From Stylophora pistillata (taxonomy: Eukaryota), in the NCBI RefSeq assembly GCF_002571385.2, contig NW_019217956.1:99812-163811 (forward strand): a stretch of 64,000 nt of DNA, written 5' to 3'. Below, one piece after another: positions 36,901-49,214 of the stretch. The notes under the pieces were generated by a model. That model searched no databases, had not been told where the DNA came from, and worked only from the letters and a program-made list of their open reading frames with translations. Position numbers and translations under genes: made by a program. Each line of letters starts with the position of its first letter. Within the stretch, counting starts at the first letter, position 1.

Positions 36901-39900
36901 CTATGCATTTCTTCCCATTTGAACATAATGAACATTGTCGTTTATGTTTATTATTTTCTTCAGTGCAAAGTAAACAAGAAGTACTTGGCTCCTAACCGTA
37001 CTCCAGCCCCAGACGGTATGATGGCAACAAAGAACATGAATTATCCTGTATATCAAGACCTCTTACACGATCCTCTTATGCGTGATCCAGTGCTACCCAC
37101 CGGCTTTGACTCGGATCAAAAACAAGAGGGCAAAGCCTGGTTGACCAAGGATGGGATCAGGTTTGTTCACGTCGGAATGTGTAGTGATCTCTATTACCTT
37201 TCCTTGTGAAACATTTTATTTTTTTATTGATTCAATTTCACAAGATTTTATTATAGTAGTGTTTTAGAGCGCTTTTGATGTGATGTTTTTAAAAGCGCTT
37301 TATTAATATGAAATTATTATTATTATTATTATTATTACTATGATCATTATCATTGTTGTTATAGTCACTCTTGTCTACTGTCACGTTTACACGTGTGTTG
37401 TCGTTTACTGTTTGAAAAGAAAAGCAGAACTCCTAAAATTTACGTTGTTCTGGTCTGGCAATGAATGTAACTCGTCAGTACGATCTAGTGAAAGAATCAG
37501 TTTTGCGAAGTACATTGAGTGCTAGGTATTTATGCGTAGAATATCATAGTGAGCAGTCCAATTGCTCTTGAATAAAACTCAGTTAAAGCTACCGAGGAAA
37601 AACAAAATATTCTTTAAAGCTAAAAGATATAAATTGGTTACCAGTGTGTCTTACCTTATCGTTACAACTACCTACGTAAGGATGACTGCCTGATATGTGA
37701 GCGAGTGACTGAATGTCACCTTAACAGGCGCCGATTAGTACTCATGGTTTTTTTGTTTGTTTACTTTGTTTTCTTTCTTTTTTTTTTTTTGCGGTAGGAT
37801 GACAGCCATTGTTCTGGACAAAGTTGCTGAACACACTGTTGTCTACACATCAACAGGTAAATTCAGCATACCTGGCACCTGGTAATTACGTGATAGAGTT
37901 GCACTACTACCTAGATCCTGGGTTTTAAGGTTCAATAAATCCTTTTGGAATTTGGGTGTGTTCAAAACAAAAACAAAAGTAATAATGTCAGCCAATCACG
38001 TAACTTATAAGAAACTCATGGTAAATATGCGCTAACGGTTCCAAGCGCGGGAACACGCGGGTAACAAATAACTTTTTATCCAAGGTCTTGCATTTGATTG
38101 GTCAGGGCGATAGCGTGAGTTCTCTTACCCATCAAAAATGCACCGTGAAGCATATCTTATAAACTTCTGGATAAGTTTCGAAACTCTTTGAAATTGCCCC
38201 AGATGTCTTTTAGGAGCGTTTATTAAGTTTTGTTGGAGAACTCCAACCCAACCTCATTTCTCCTACTTTGCCTTATCGGCATAAAGTATCAGAATGCCAG
38301 AATGCTAAAATAGTGATTTTTTTTGTAGATAGAGGATCTGTGCTTAAAATTTCGCAAGTTGGTGGCTCTCGTCGACCCTGCCTTCTCGCAGAAATCAACC
38401 TTTTTCCGGTAAGTATTGTGACTATCATTTGTAAGAAGAATATCCGTTGATCATGATTACTCGATATGGTCAATCGTTTTGTCTGTAGAGAACAGTTGTT
38501 AGTAGTAGTGGCTGGCATTTTCGATCAACAACCTGAGCGGAAGTCATGATCAGCGTCAGCGTCGAGGTGACTTCCGCCTCAACTGAAATTGTCAAATCGT
38601 CAATGATTGTTATTGGGGGACTGGACTCAATTTTGTAGAAAATACGAAAGTGACTTCAGTGTGACAACCTGCAAGTCGAAGTTTTGTTTTTCTTCGAAGT
38701 CGAAGTTAGCAGGGTGAACCATCTAGGTTTGCTGGATCTAAAATGGTCGAATTATTTATTTGTTTTAGGTTAACAGACAAGAAGTCATAAAAGCTATGAC
38801 GATCGATCCAAAGCGGGTAAGATATTCCGTATTTCCCCGTAAAGGTGAATTTCAACTGAGAGCAGTTAAGGTGTATCCTTATAGGTTTATGAATGGTTGT
38901 TGATCGTTGAATTTTGGGTTTTATTTCCAGCATGTCCTTTACTTCGGCTCAAACACAGCACTGACGAAGTTGAGATTGGAGCAGTGTGGCAGTCACACAC
39001 ACCGCAGGTGAGTGGTGTGGGTCACACGGAAAATCATGGAGGATTTTTCGGCAGTTTCGGGAAATTTTTAAAAAGGGCTAGAGAAAATTTTGTACAATTA
39101 CTGGGCAATGGTCTCTAAGCTCTTGCTGAGTGAACATTTCCTCATCCCCCACCGTCCCCTTCATCTCCAAATCGAGCGAGCTTCTTAACGTGAACTCACC
39201 TTAATGAGACCCCTGTTCTGCGGGTTATCTTGGATTTTGCTGGCTTTCCTAATGAGTTACCTCTTTTGACTATGGCTTAACAATGCGTGCGCAGTAGTTA
39301 CAGCTTTATTTCTGACACCATCGTCGTATTTCAGGTCCTGTACATCCGCTTCTGATCCTTATTGTGCGTGGAACAAGGAAACCAAGCGTTGTGTTTCAGT
39401 ATTAACTTCCAGGTCAGTAATATCAACAGAAAAGAATTTTAAATCAATTTTAAAGTGGGCTGTGCCATGTTTAGACTTCCCGGTTGATCACTTACGCTAA
39501 ATTTTTTTAGTTAATAGGAGTTTAATTTTGAACTGTGTGAGGCGATTTTAAAACTCCTCATCCGGGGCTAAATTTCGTGATGTAACCCCTTTCTACCTTG
39601 AAATTGCAGACACCGAATAGTTTTGCCTTCGACCAAGGTCATGGGTTTCTCAATAAACGAGACGTTGAAAAAAAGAAAGGAACAGACTGCATTTTATGAC
39701 CGGTTCCAGCCTTCGGCTGGCCCCGGTAATTATCTGACAGCGTCTCGTGCAATTTGAACGCAGTTAGTGTTGGTTGACACTGAACTTGAAATCGGGAAAG
39801 GGAGAAAAACTGTTGAAATGAATTTTCTCAATTAAAAGTTTCATTGTTAGTAGTACGTGGTCATTCAGTGTCGTCTCCAGGCAGTCAGCTGAGTGCCAGG

Positions 39901-42900
39901 CCCTCATTTTTAGCGCCTCAGCACCAGCGCTTCTTTGCCGAACCGGAGGGGGGTCTATGGGATTTTACTGTTATTAGTGCCAGACTCCCGTCAAACATCT
40001 CTCGACTCGTCTCCAATCTTCCCTCGGACGGTTAAGGCGCGTCTTGCAGCGATGGTAATCGAGGGCTTGGTTGCAGGCTAGCTGAGTGCACCATGACGAT
40101 TAGTGAATCCATCATGGGGTTTTAAATCCTTGCATTTTCGCACTCTTCACAGAGATACAAGCAAATTGAGACAAGACTTGAAGACTTGTCCAAAGGTTAC
40201 AGGTTCGTGTCAAATGAATGTTTTGTGGTAAAAACTATCAACGTGTCACTTCTCCTTACAGTATCAAGATGCGACCCAGCAACCAGTTGATGAGAATAGA
40301 GAAAATGATCAGTAAGAGGGTCTTTTTAGGATGAAGCACCAAATTCTTGAACATAATTTGTGTTATTTTCTTACTTACACCGTCAATCGAAAGGAAGGTC
40401 ATACCTCTGATTACAAAATTCAATATTTTGTTACTTTTTTCTTTAAGGAGAAATCGCTTGGTCTTCTTGGAAAACTTGCGAGATCAGTGATGGAAATCTT
40501 TGTCGATGTCAAGTGCGTCCCTGCCAGGACAGGCAAAACTCCTCCTGTCAGGGTGGATATGAGTTCCGACTTGTAAACTGTACAGGTTTGTTAAGTACTT
40601 TCCTTCTCCACCCTTGTCTATTTCTGTTTTCCTTTTATTTTTTGGATTTGACAGTCCCTATTGTTTTAAAATTACCGCTGAACACAGACACTGAAGACTC
40701 ATCATAAACTACACTATTATAAATAGTAATGAGGAGGTGCTGGGAAAGAGTAGTAAACGGGTGAATTCATTCAGTTCCGATCGAGGCTAGAACTGTTTCC
40801 CGCCTAATTTATGTTTTTGGGTTTTTTTTTTAAGTTGTTGATGATTTGTTTACTTCCCATGGCCGATTTCAGTAGATTGTTTTCTATTGGTTTCAGTGGA
40901 CATAAAGGTCGGATGGGAGGGGAGAGAGGCATGGGAGATGTATGGCGCGCAACACGGTAAATGGAGTGCATGGGACGCTTGGACAGAATGTGCAACGAAG
41001 GCCTGGGCTGGGGTGAGAAATCGGACAAGAACATGTACCAATCCAGTCCCTAGGAGAGGAGGTAGACCGTGTGTGGGAGAGGCTGTGCAGTATGAGCCCT
41101 GTAGCTTGGGAAAGCACGGTAAGAAGCAGTGGTAAATTGTCTGATGTTACTGTTATGATATCAGCACCTACAGATGAACAATACGAGTCCTTTGAGGTGT
41201 ATGTAGTTAAGAGTTATCCTAGATAGCAATTTCTTGTTTCATCGGTCTTAACGGTTTCTCGTAATGACTCAGCTAGATGTCTGAACTTTTTTGAAAAACT
41301 TTGTGTTAGAGGAAACTTTTGTGTCCGGAGAAATTTTGTATTATGAATCTTTCCAGGCGTAAAAGAGAGTTGATGTTAACCATTAGCGTTCTGTTGTCTA
41401 GTAAATTTTGAGGCCAAAATTTATGGAAACATCAGTAAAAACAGCAAAATAACAACAACAACAAAAACAAACAACATCAACAAAAGCGTTCAGACAAGGC
41501 TTTGTACCTGTGAAACGCTTACGGTATTTGCAAAGAACCCTCCGAACTCTTTTTGTGCGTGTTTGTATTTTTGTGTTTTTTTTTTTTTTACAATTTTTCC
41601 TTTATCTTTATTTTTACGTCGATCAGAGATGGAAAAACGGATGTTGACAAACCCCACAAGATCTTTAAACCTATCGGAAAACAAGGGTGTTCAGTTTGAA
41701 GTGATCTGTAAAACCACAGGTTATAAGATATCGAACATCAGTGTTGACATAGTCAACAAGACGTTTGATTGTGAGAAGCAAACAGATCTCTGTGGAGGTA
41801 AGAAGTGTTGTGGAAAGTTAACACAAACCTCATCACGTCATTACATCATCACCTTATTGCGTCATCACGTCATTGCGTCACACGTCATCACTTCATCTCC
41901 AACAGTCAGACTGAGACGCAAGTTCAAAATCATTCACGACTTTGTCAACTGCACTCGCCTTTGCTTCAAAATTTTTATTGCTCACGATTATAGTTGCAGA
42001 TCGCTCCATTTTCATTTCAAGCTATGTTCTGCTTTAACCACTGTGAAATGTGAATCACATCTTAAAGAGATGGAAGGCGGAAAATTGTGATTATCTTCTT
42101 CAGTTTCGTCGCTGGTGTGGTGTAGTTTGCATTAACTAAAGAAAAAACTCACTTGCACAAATGTGCTTGACAATTTAATGATAACCTTCATAAATAACCT
42201 TTGTGGAATGCTAATGGAGAGTGAAATTAACTACTAATTTCTGTTTAACCGCAAGCTATGTGCATGACCCCGTTGATATTTGAAGAACTTTGGGTAAAGT
42301 TGTGATATTTTTCCTGTGTTAGAGGGAGAATGGAAAGCCTGGTGCGATTGGGGTCAGTGCTCTGAGGAAGGATTTCAAATAAGGAGGAGGGAGTGTAATG
42401 TGGAGCCTTGTGTCGGGGAAAAGTTACAAGAAAGACCCTGCGAACCAACTCCACCCAGCAACTGTACAGGTCAGCTGTAGAGATTGACTTTGTCATAGAC
42501 TATTGCGCCAGTTTGATCTGCACTATACCCTCGTGACTTGTTCCGCTGGCCTTATACCCGCTATGTGCTGCATGAAGCAACAAGGAGTGTTGAACTCCTT
42601 CCTATATGGGATGCTTGTTCCCCATTCAGGCAATCCACCAGCACCTAGTCAAATTCCTAGGTGAAGAGAGGCACTGTGAGTGTTGAATGTCGTGCGCGAA
42701 AACTTGACACAGTGAATCGACCAGGCCTCGAACCTGGACCTCTCCAAGCGAAATTCGACGCGCTCGCCACTGCGTCCGGGGTAAGGAGAGCATTTTATGA
42801 AACTGACTTCCCGAGCGATGTCTGAAATGATGGTTTTTTGGTCCCTCGCAAAAGGCATCTTTTTTTTTTACAAAGCGTGACTTTCGGAGCTCCTCCCTAC

Positions 42901-44762
42901 CTGCGCGACGCTTATTGAATTTTTCACCTATCGCTAAATGGACGATAGCGGTGTTGACGGTTCCCTAAAGGGCTTTGTTTTCTCGCGGTTAGGTGAATTG
43001 GACACGGAGAGCTGGGACGAGTGGTCTGTGTGTGAATGTAATCACGGTCTGAAACTGCCTGGCGGGAGTGGTTTGAGGTTCCGGCAACTAAAGTGCCGAA
43101 GAGAGTGTCGCAACTCATCAGTTTGTCCCGATATCGTCCAGTACGGAACTTGCGATTGTCTTACTGGTAAGTTGGATCTCTGAGACGGTCTGCACAAACT
43201 TTACATTAAAATTGTGAGACATAGGAAAAACTTTTCAGAGAATTTGTTTTCGAAAAGAGCAGGAAATATGGCTTACACCAGAACACTTTACATATCTACC
43301 GACAACCATTTTGTTGTTGTGGTTGTTGTTGTTGTTTTTGCTCTGGGTCAACTCAGTTTGAATAAATTTCGTTATCTTTCGAGTCTTCGTCTAGACGGCA
43401 GTAGAGATGTCACGCAACGCTAACCCCATGAGGGCAAGGGGTGAGTGTTGTGTGACATCGAAAAATGGCTGTGAAGCAGATTTAAGGCGATTCTTTAGAC
43501 AAAAAGTTATCGAACAATTTTTTTAAACTTTCCTTAAATCTTCCCTACCAATTTTTGTTTCGAAAAATACATTAAAATGATGGGTCACCGTGCTTGTTTA
43601 AGAGATGTGATGGGCCAAACTTACCCCATTTCTGCTTGTAATTGCACTAATCGCACGCTTTCTTTTATCAGTTCACGATACATTTTGCAGTAATTAGAAG
43701 CGAGGGTTTTTAAAGTAACACTTGAAAAAGTCTTTGATGGGTAGTAATTCTCGAACGTATGGAACCATTTGATACCTAATTTGTAGAAAAATCCTCCCGT
43801 AATTTTAAATGACATCGTCTCAAATTGTTCCTCGAGTCGTTGCTTTCAAGGACATAATTTGCATTCTCGAGCAACTAGCTTTGTGCACGCTTTAAGCCAT
43901 ACCTTTTCTATAGCTGTATGTTTTCTCTAATTTAAAGAGGATAAGTTGTACACCAAATTATGTAGTAAAAAAATGTAGGTCACCGTTGCTCGTTCAAGCG
44001 CTAAAGACAATTCTGCTCACTGTCTTAAAGGGCTGTAAATATTGCGAGTCCAATTTGAGATATCGTTTTAAGGGTGATCACGCTTACTGAAGACATTATC
44101 CAGCAAACAGGGAACGAGAATACAGAAACTGATCAGGCAGAAGTTATCTTGATCTATCAAACAAATTCTCTTAACTGTTTAACAAGGAAATGTGTAGTAG
44201 CCATAGGGGAGAATTAAAAGTCAGATTTTAATTGTTAAAGGGATACATGTATCAGTTTCCAACCGTTGGCGTGCATTGTTGGTGGTGGTAGCATGAAGAA
44301 AATCTGTGTTAGTTTTGCTGATCTAAATGTGATTTTTATTGCGAATCGGTTCAAATATGAGACAGATTTAAACTATGTATCTGTTTTTTAATTGTAGCAG
44401 CTTCCACAAGGCCACTTGACACGGAAGGATCAAAGTTTGGAAGTGGTCACGGCATCGCCATCGGGTTGTTTTGTGGCGTTTTGCTGACTGTCTTTACACT
44501 TCTGCTTGTTAGATACCTCAAACGAAAACGAGAGAAACAACCGAAATCATATAATGTTCCAAAAAGTCCTGAAGGTAGTCCTCAAAACCGGGATTGTCAA
44601 TACTCGCCAATTGTAAGAGAGAATGGTGTATCCTCGAGAGGTCATCCATCCTCAGAAAGTCAAAGTGAAGAAAAGAACAGAAACCCTAAAACAAAAACGC
44701 GTTTACCATTTAAAGGACTCAGTGTGTTCAGAAAAGGGCGTGATCCTCCAAGCAATGTCTAG
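25500..44762 (+). CDS. SEMA5: Semaphorin-5-like transmembrane protein (signal peptide, Sema, PSI, 4 TSP1 repeats, TM, short tail), ~900 aa, 23 coding exons
   Basis: Phase-consistent GT-AG exons: 25500-25611 (MKQRNELYVLFLCC.. signal), 31257-31362 (HLLVGAK), 31697-31742, 31874-31924, 32494-32583, 33448-33547, 34270-34401, 35056-35177 (VYFFFRE..SRVARICK), 35682-35790 (GDYAG..TYQKAKLIC..YPVYFHEI), 36194-36251, 36454-36562 (SAVCVY; 3' end lost at N 36563), 36964-37160, 37798-37856, 38329-38408, 38769-38816, 38931-39007, 39335-39412 (SCTSASDPYCAW, PSI), 40153-40202, TSP1 exons 40448-40585, 40897-41118, 42323-42469, 42993-43166, and last exon 44398/44401-44762 (TM GIAIGLFCGVLLTVFTLLLV). Confidence 0.9.
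30530..30910 (-). mobile_element. SINE/LINE-tail remnant ending in a (TTA)n tail
   Basis: (AAT)n tract at about 30530-30558 adjoining a more GC-rich body (GAGCTCAGGGCACTTTACAAC..CCCTGAGTGTTGGTCCGGCC) that resembles cnidarian SINEs. Family assignment is from recall. Confidence 0.55.
31435..31619. mobile_element. Short MITE in semaphorin intron
   Basis: Inverted ends ATAGTCCATTTTACTGTT / AACTGTAGAATGGCCTAT. Confidence 0.55.
36564..36650 (+). mobile_element. Tail fragment of the same PLE/hammerhead-associated family as 55633-55890
   Basis: TTACGGCGGCCAATTTTCATTATCAACT matches 55844-55871. CGACGCAGCACCACGGTTTCTTCAGAAACT is an approximate reverse complement of 55642-55675. Confidence 0.6.
42510..42780 (-). 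mobile_element. tRNA-derived SINE (Nin-domain-like)
   Basis: Minus strand has a B-box-like GGTTCGAGGCC head, then CTCACAGTGCCTCTCTTCACC and GCATCCCAT..GGAGT..ACTCCTTGTTGCTTCATGC core motifs. Confidence 0.65.
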
Positions 44763-46487
44763 CTCAGGAAATTAGACGGAGATAAAGTGTTAATAGAAAA
44801 GATGCGCCCTACTGCACCGCGGTCAAGGCAACCTACGACTGTTAATAGTCTTGCAATTGTCTGAATTCGGTGGGCTATCGCTCCCAGACAGACCTGCTTG
44901 TTGTTGCGTAAGGCGAGGATGGAAGGCTGTCAAATGTCTCGGTCCAGCGAACTAGATCAAGGAGTAGAGGTATTCAGTATTCTCAGTTCAAAGCAATCGT
45001 TGCCGAACTTGCATGCTAGGTTCAAGTGAATGGGAAATACAGCGTTTCCCCGCAGCTTTGGGGGAAAAAAACGATTCTTCCGTTGTGCAAAAGATTTAAC
45101 TTGGATAAAACTGTATATTCTATATCGTTCGTGACCTATCGTCCAATGCGCAGTGTTTCATAAATACGTTAGTAAAGGGATTTAATCAGATATTTATTAT
45201 GTAAATAGACGTTTAACACGTTTTAATTAGGGAAAGTGCAAATTTCTCGCTTACTTTCGTCATGTTTAGTTAGTTGTATGACGATAAATTGTTTTTATAC
45301 TACATAGAACATGGTATAACGAAAGAGCTAAAACGCTGGAGTATGATTAGTCATTTTGGATCTTCTGGTCTCAAAACCTGCTCTACGCAAAACATAGGTG
45401 TAATTGGCAAGAAAAGAAGTTTTGTTTTGTTTAAGCAAGGAGTCAGACAGAGGGGATTTCGGGAATTCCCGTTCGCTACGTGCTAGCTGAGTTAATCTGT
45501 GAGTTAATGAAGAAACGATTCTTATTCTTATTCGTATACAATGAGAAAATGAACCCTATGGATTCGTTTGTCTCAGCCTATAGATTCTATCTACAGCAAA
45601 AGTATCCGCAAATATGATCAATTACAATTGAACTGTATGGAATCTCGCGTAAATTAAAGTGGAGGAAGTCGTGTGGCTCCAAGGTGCAAAATTTAAACTC
45701 AGTGTTTTGTGTTCATCTCTCGTAAGGGACAATTCTTGTTTGTATTAATTATATTGATTAGAGAGGAGTTTATTTTTGTAGGAAAAATGAATTAAGGGAG
45801 CGAACTTTGCCCCGATGATTTTCAGGTAGAGAGATTTCGGGCGAAAACCAAGATGATTAAACCATGGTTATCGACTGCAACTTGTCAGGTCTTCTCAGTA
45901 AGTCATTTTCGAATTACCGTTTGCCTCTTTTTCAAACGAGGCTTATTACTCAACCATTCGCACGAAAATGAGCTTAATTTGCTTGTGCGGAATGGAAAAT
46001 TTGAATCATAGGCTATGAAAGGATGAGCACCAAAACTCGCTGTGATAGAGGCCAAAGGTAAAGCGGAAGTTGACTATTGGAATGGTAGTTATCATTGACA
46101 AGGTATTAATGCCTGGTTCTACGCCATCAGCTTCCGTTCAAACGAGGGGAAGACCAGGTACTGTGAAGGGCCATGAAACTGCTCCTCTGCAATAGCGTCA
46201 TTATTTATTGCAGAATTTTTTCCGTTTAAAGGAAAGTCATTAACAATGCTCTCCCCAGTGAGATTTAGTTTGAATAAATGTAGTGTTTGATTATAGAATT
46301 CGCTACGTATGGATTTTTAAATACTCATCAATTGGGAAATGTTTACGTTCCCCAAAAATCTCTTTATATTACTGTTTTTATCAACTGATATGTATTATTG
46401 AACAAAAATTAAAGTTTACCGCAACCTGTCTCATGTTAACGTTGCTTGTACATCTTACAAGTAGTCGGATAGTCGAGGAAAAAAATT

Positions 46488-46746
46488 TACCCGTGACAAT
46501 TTTCCTAGCCCCGCGATACTTTACCAGCTACCAGCCACAATAACTTACGACCATTTATCCGTGACCATCGACCCGCGATAATTTACCTGCAACCCGCGAC
46601 AATTTACTCTCGAAACGCGACAAGTAGATCCTCACTTCGGCATTGAGTGGTTTGTGAACCACACAATTTTTTGCTTGTTTTTTTGCTTTAATTTTTCCGC
46701 GACCCCCGACAATTACCCGCAACCATTACCCCATGATCCGCGACAA
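46488..46746 (+). repeat. Degenerate ACCCGCGACA-type subrepeat cluster (DNA element subterminal repeats)
   Basis: Many variants of ACCCG(C/T)GAC(A/C). A similar ACCCACG cluster lies at 59882-59940. Confidence 0.55.
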
Positions 46747-47576
46747 TGAAGTCCTCTCCCGGTGATATCATTCTCAGACCATGCATTGTTCAGAGGAGTT
46801 GGCAGATTGCTCTCAAGTGTGGAGGACGGTGAAGAGGAAGCTGAGAGGAGCGCTATGTCTTTTGGGGTTTCACCCAATTGGCACAGAACCACACTCTCGA
46901 TTAAAAAACACGTTAACCTCACGGGTTGCGTTATTGCCATCGATGTTCACTCAAGAAGAGGTGCTGAAATTATGAGGCGCATTTTCATTAAGAGTGAAAT
47001 TGGATTGTTTGGTTATCAGAATTTCTTTGGTTTAGCTAAACAGTACTGGCACAAATGACGTCGACTTGAGCTAATAATTACCCAGGAAGGTCTCAATGGG
47101 GTTAACCCATGGCCATGTAAAGGCCAAAAAATTTAGGCGTTGAACGTGAAAATTTACAAATTTTAACCATTAGTCGCCAAAAAGTTCATTGTAATGGAGG
47201 TTTCTGGACATTTTTTTAACAACGGAAAGAAAATTTTAACCTTTAGCTGTAAAATCCATCACCCCATTTAGACGCCATTGGGCTGTGGGCCGATCCTGTC
47301 GTTTTCTACAGTGTCTTTGTCAGGAGGTTCTCAAGGTACACGAAGGACTGCGACGCGTGCTTTTTTAGTTTTTTTTTTTCCTCTTTTCATTTCTTTCTTT
47401 CTTTTCCTTTTTTTACCAGTTACATACATACTTTATCGAGACTCACTTTGTTGAGTCTTTTCGTATGAAACATATTGAAAAGTGTCTGCTTAAAACTACT
47501 ACTTTATTAATTGATAAAGCATATGAACGCATCACATCAATCTAAATACAATAAAATGATAACTAAATAATCGCTA

Positions 47577-47577
<1 letters not shown>

Positions 47578-47622
<45 letters not shown>
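47578..47622. repeat. (GT)n/(GTAT)n microsatellite
   Basis: Directly visible. Confidence 0.95.
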
Positions 47623-48674
47623 ATGATAAAAGAAATTGTATTAAAACCACTTCCCAGTTTCAATTAGACGGTCGCGCAGAGCAGCCCTGAATTTTAAATT
47701 ATCTAATTAACTATTAATTTCTTTTGTGTTCTTAACAAGTTGTCGGATAGCCCATTCCATTCCCTTGAACCCCGAAAGTAAAATGCCCTTTGTTCCACTG
47801 CCAATCTACATCGGGGGTCCACAAAGTTGTAACATCCCCTAGCCGTGTGTTCTTGTTATGAACTGCTGAGCGTTGTTTCTGCCCATTAATTTTTATATCA
47901 TCATGATCAATCTCTTCAGACTGTTGTTTGGATTGTTTCATCAGTATCGTGATCTTTTTGCGCCACTAGAAGATACTTTAAAGCAACAATGTTTATCGTG
48001 CTGTGATAATGTGAAGCGGTTGTGAGCTCCACTTGTTGATCGATCGTGTCGGGATCAAGTCCGCACCGGATCGTGGAGAAGTCACACTAATGACTGTTTT
48101 GTTTTCTTCATTTTTCTTGTTTCCTTTCTTTTTTACCAAACTTTCCTTGGCCCATAACGGTATACTTTAACTTTTCATTTCAAATGCACTCTTTGTCTCT
48201 CGTTTATTTTCACACCCAGCTCATTAAGACTAGGTTTACACTAGAGGAGAGTTTTCCGGATTCATCAAATTTACGTATTCATCAAAAGTAATCGGATTCA
48301 AAGTACCCACTTTAAATTCCGGATTCAAAATCTCCGGAGACACGACAAAACCGGGGAATTTTTATTTCGGATTCGTCCACTTTCGTCATTAGCCGNNAAN
48401 NNNNNNNNNNNNNNAANNNNTNNNNNNNNNNNCNNNNNNNNNNNANNNTNNNCTNNNGTNNANNNNNNNTNNNAGTNNAGCAAAATATATATATAAAAAA
48501 AAAAACTGACAAAACAACCTGCCTTTCAAGCCTTTTTATCCTCGTAGATGCTAAGTGCACATTTTTTTATGGAAAAGTTCTTTCTCAGTCCAAAAAACTA
48601 AAGTAAAAACGACTGGTTGAACCGGCTTTAAAATGTAGAAATGCAACCCAGAGGATTCACGATTGTTACAGCTT

Positions 48675-48780
48675 TCTCTCCGATTGGCCCGGCGGCCGCA
48701 AGAAATGTGTTTCAAGTCGTGCTCACGTTAACATCTATGACGTAATCGTCAGATTGGTAGTCGTTTCCAACCCATTTCAT
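48675..48780 (+). promoter_or_regulatory. Candidate CpG-containing promoter
   Basis: Two inverted CCAAT boxes (GATTGG near 48682 and 48752) and a CRE-like TGACGTAA (near 48738), upstream of a splice donor at 48930/48931. Confidence 0.4.
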
Positions 48781-48957
48781 CCAAATTTGTAGGACTCAAA
48801 TCAAGCTAGTCGTCGGTCGTAATGTGAAGACGTGAATGACAAGGTTTTGAAAACGAGCCAGAATGAATTACGATAAGGCTTGAAGACGCATTTAGTACAA
48901 AGAAAGGAGTGTGTAATCTCTTCAGCAAAGGTAAATACTGTATTCTTGTTGGAAAAC

Positions 48958-49214
48958 ATTAGATTCTAGTTGCAGAATGTTACCTTGGTCGGTTGCCACG
49001 TGCGCGAGTAGTTGGATTTGGGCGTAGGGCACTAGAACTCTAATTTGATAGCAAGATCTGGAAACAGTTTAATTCTGCATTGTAACCAGGGCATTTAAGC
49101 GATAACTTAAGCTAAATAAACTGAGAATATAAAATTAGGAAGGCAACTAAAGCATCTCAACCTGAAAACTCGGAACGCGTTTTAAGTCTTCGAGCGGGCC
49201 AGGTGCATACAATT
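48958..49214 (+). ncRNA. Candidate intronic box H/ACA RNA
   Basis: Hairpin followed by ATAGCA (H box, 49048-49053), second hairpin followed by AGAATA, third hairpin with a pocket and ACA at 49209-49211, 14 nt from the upper stem. No guide target identified. Confidence 0.35.

Noticed and set aside
41563-42090. 175-aa ORF
   Set aside because: Lies within a semaphorin intron, includes low-complexity repeats and has no recognisable domain.
42700-42780. tRNA gene
   Set aside because: Only a degenerate B-box head attached to a SINE body; no cloverleaf.
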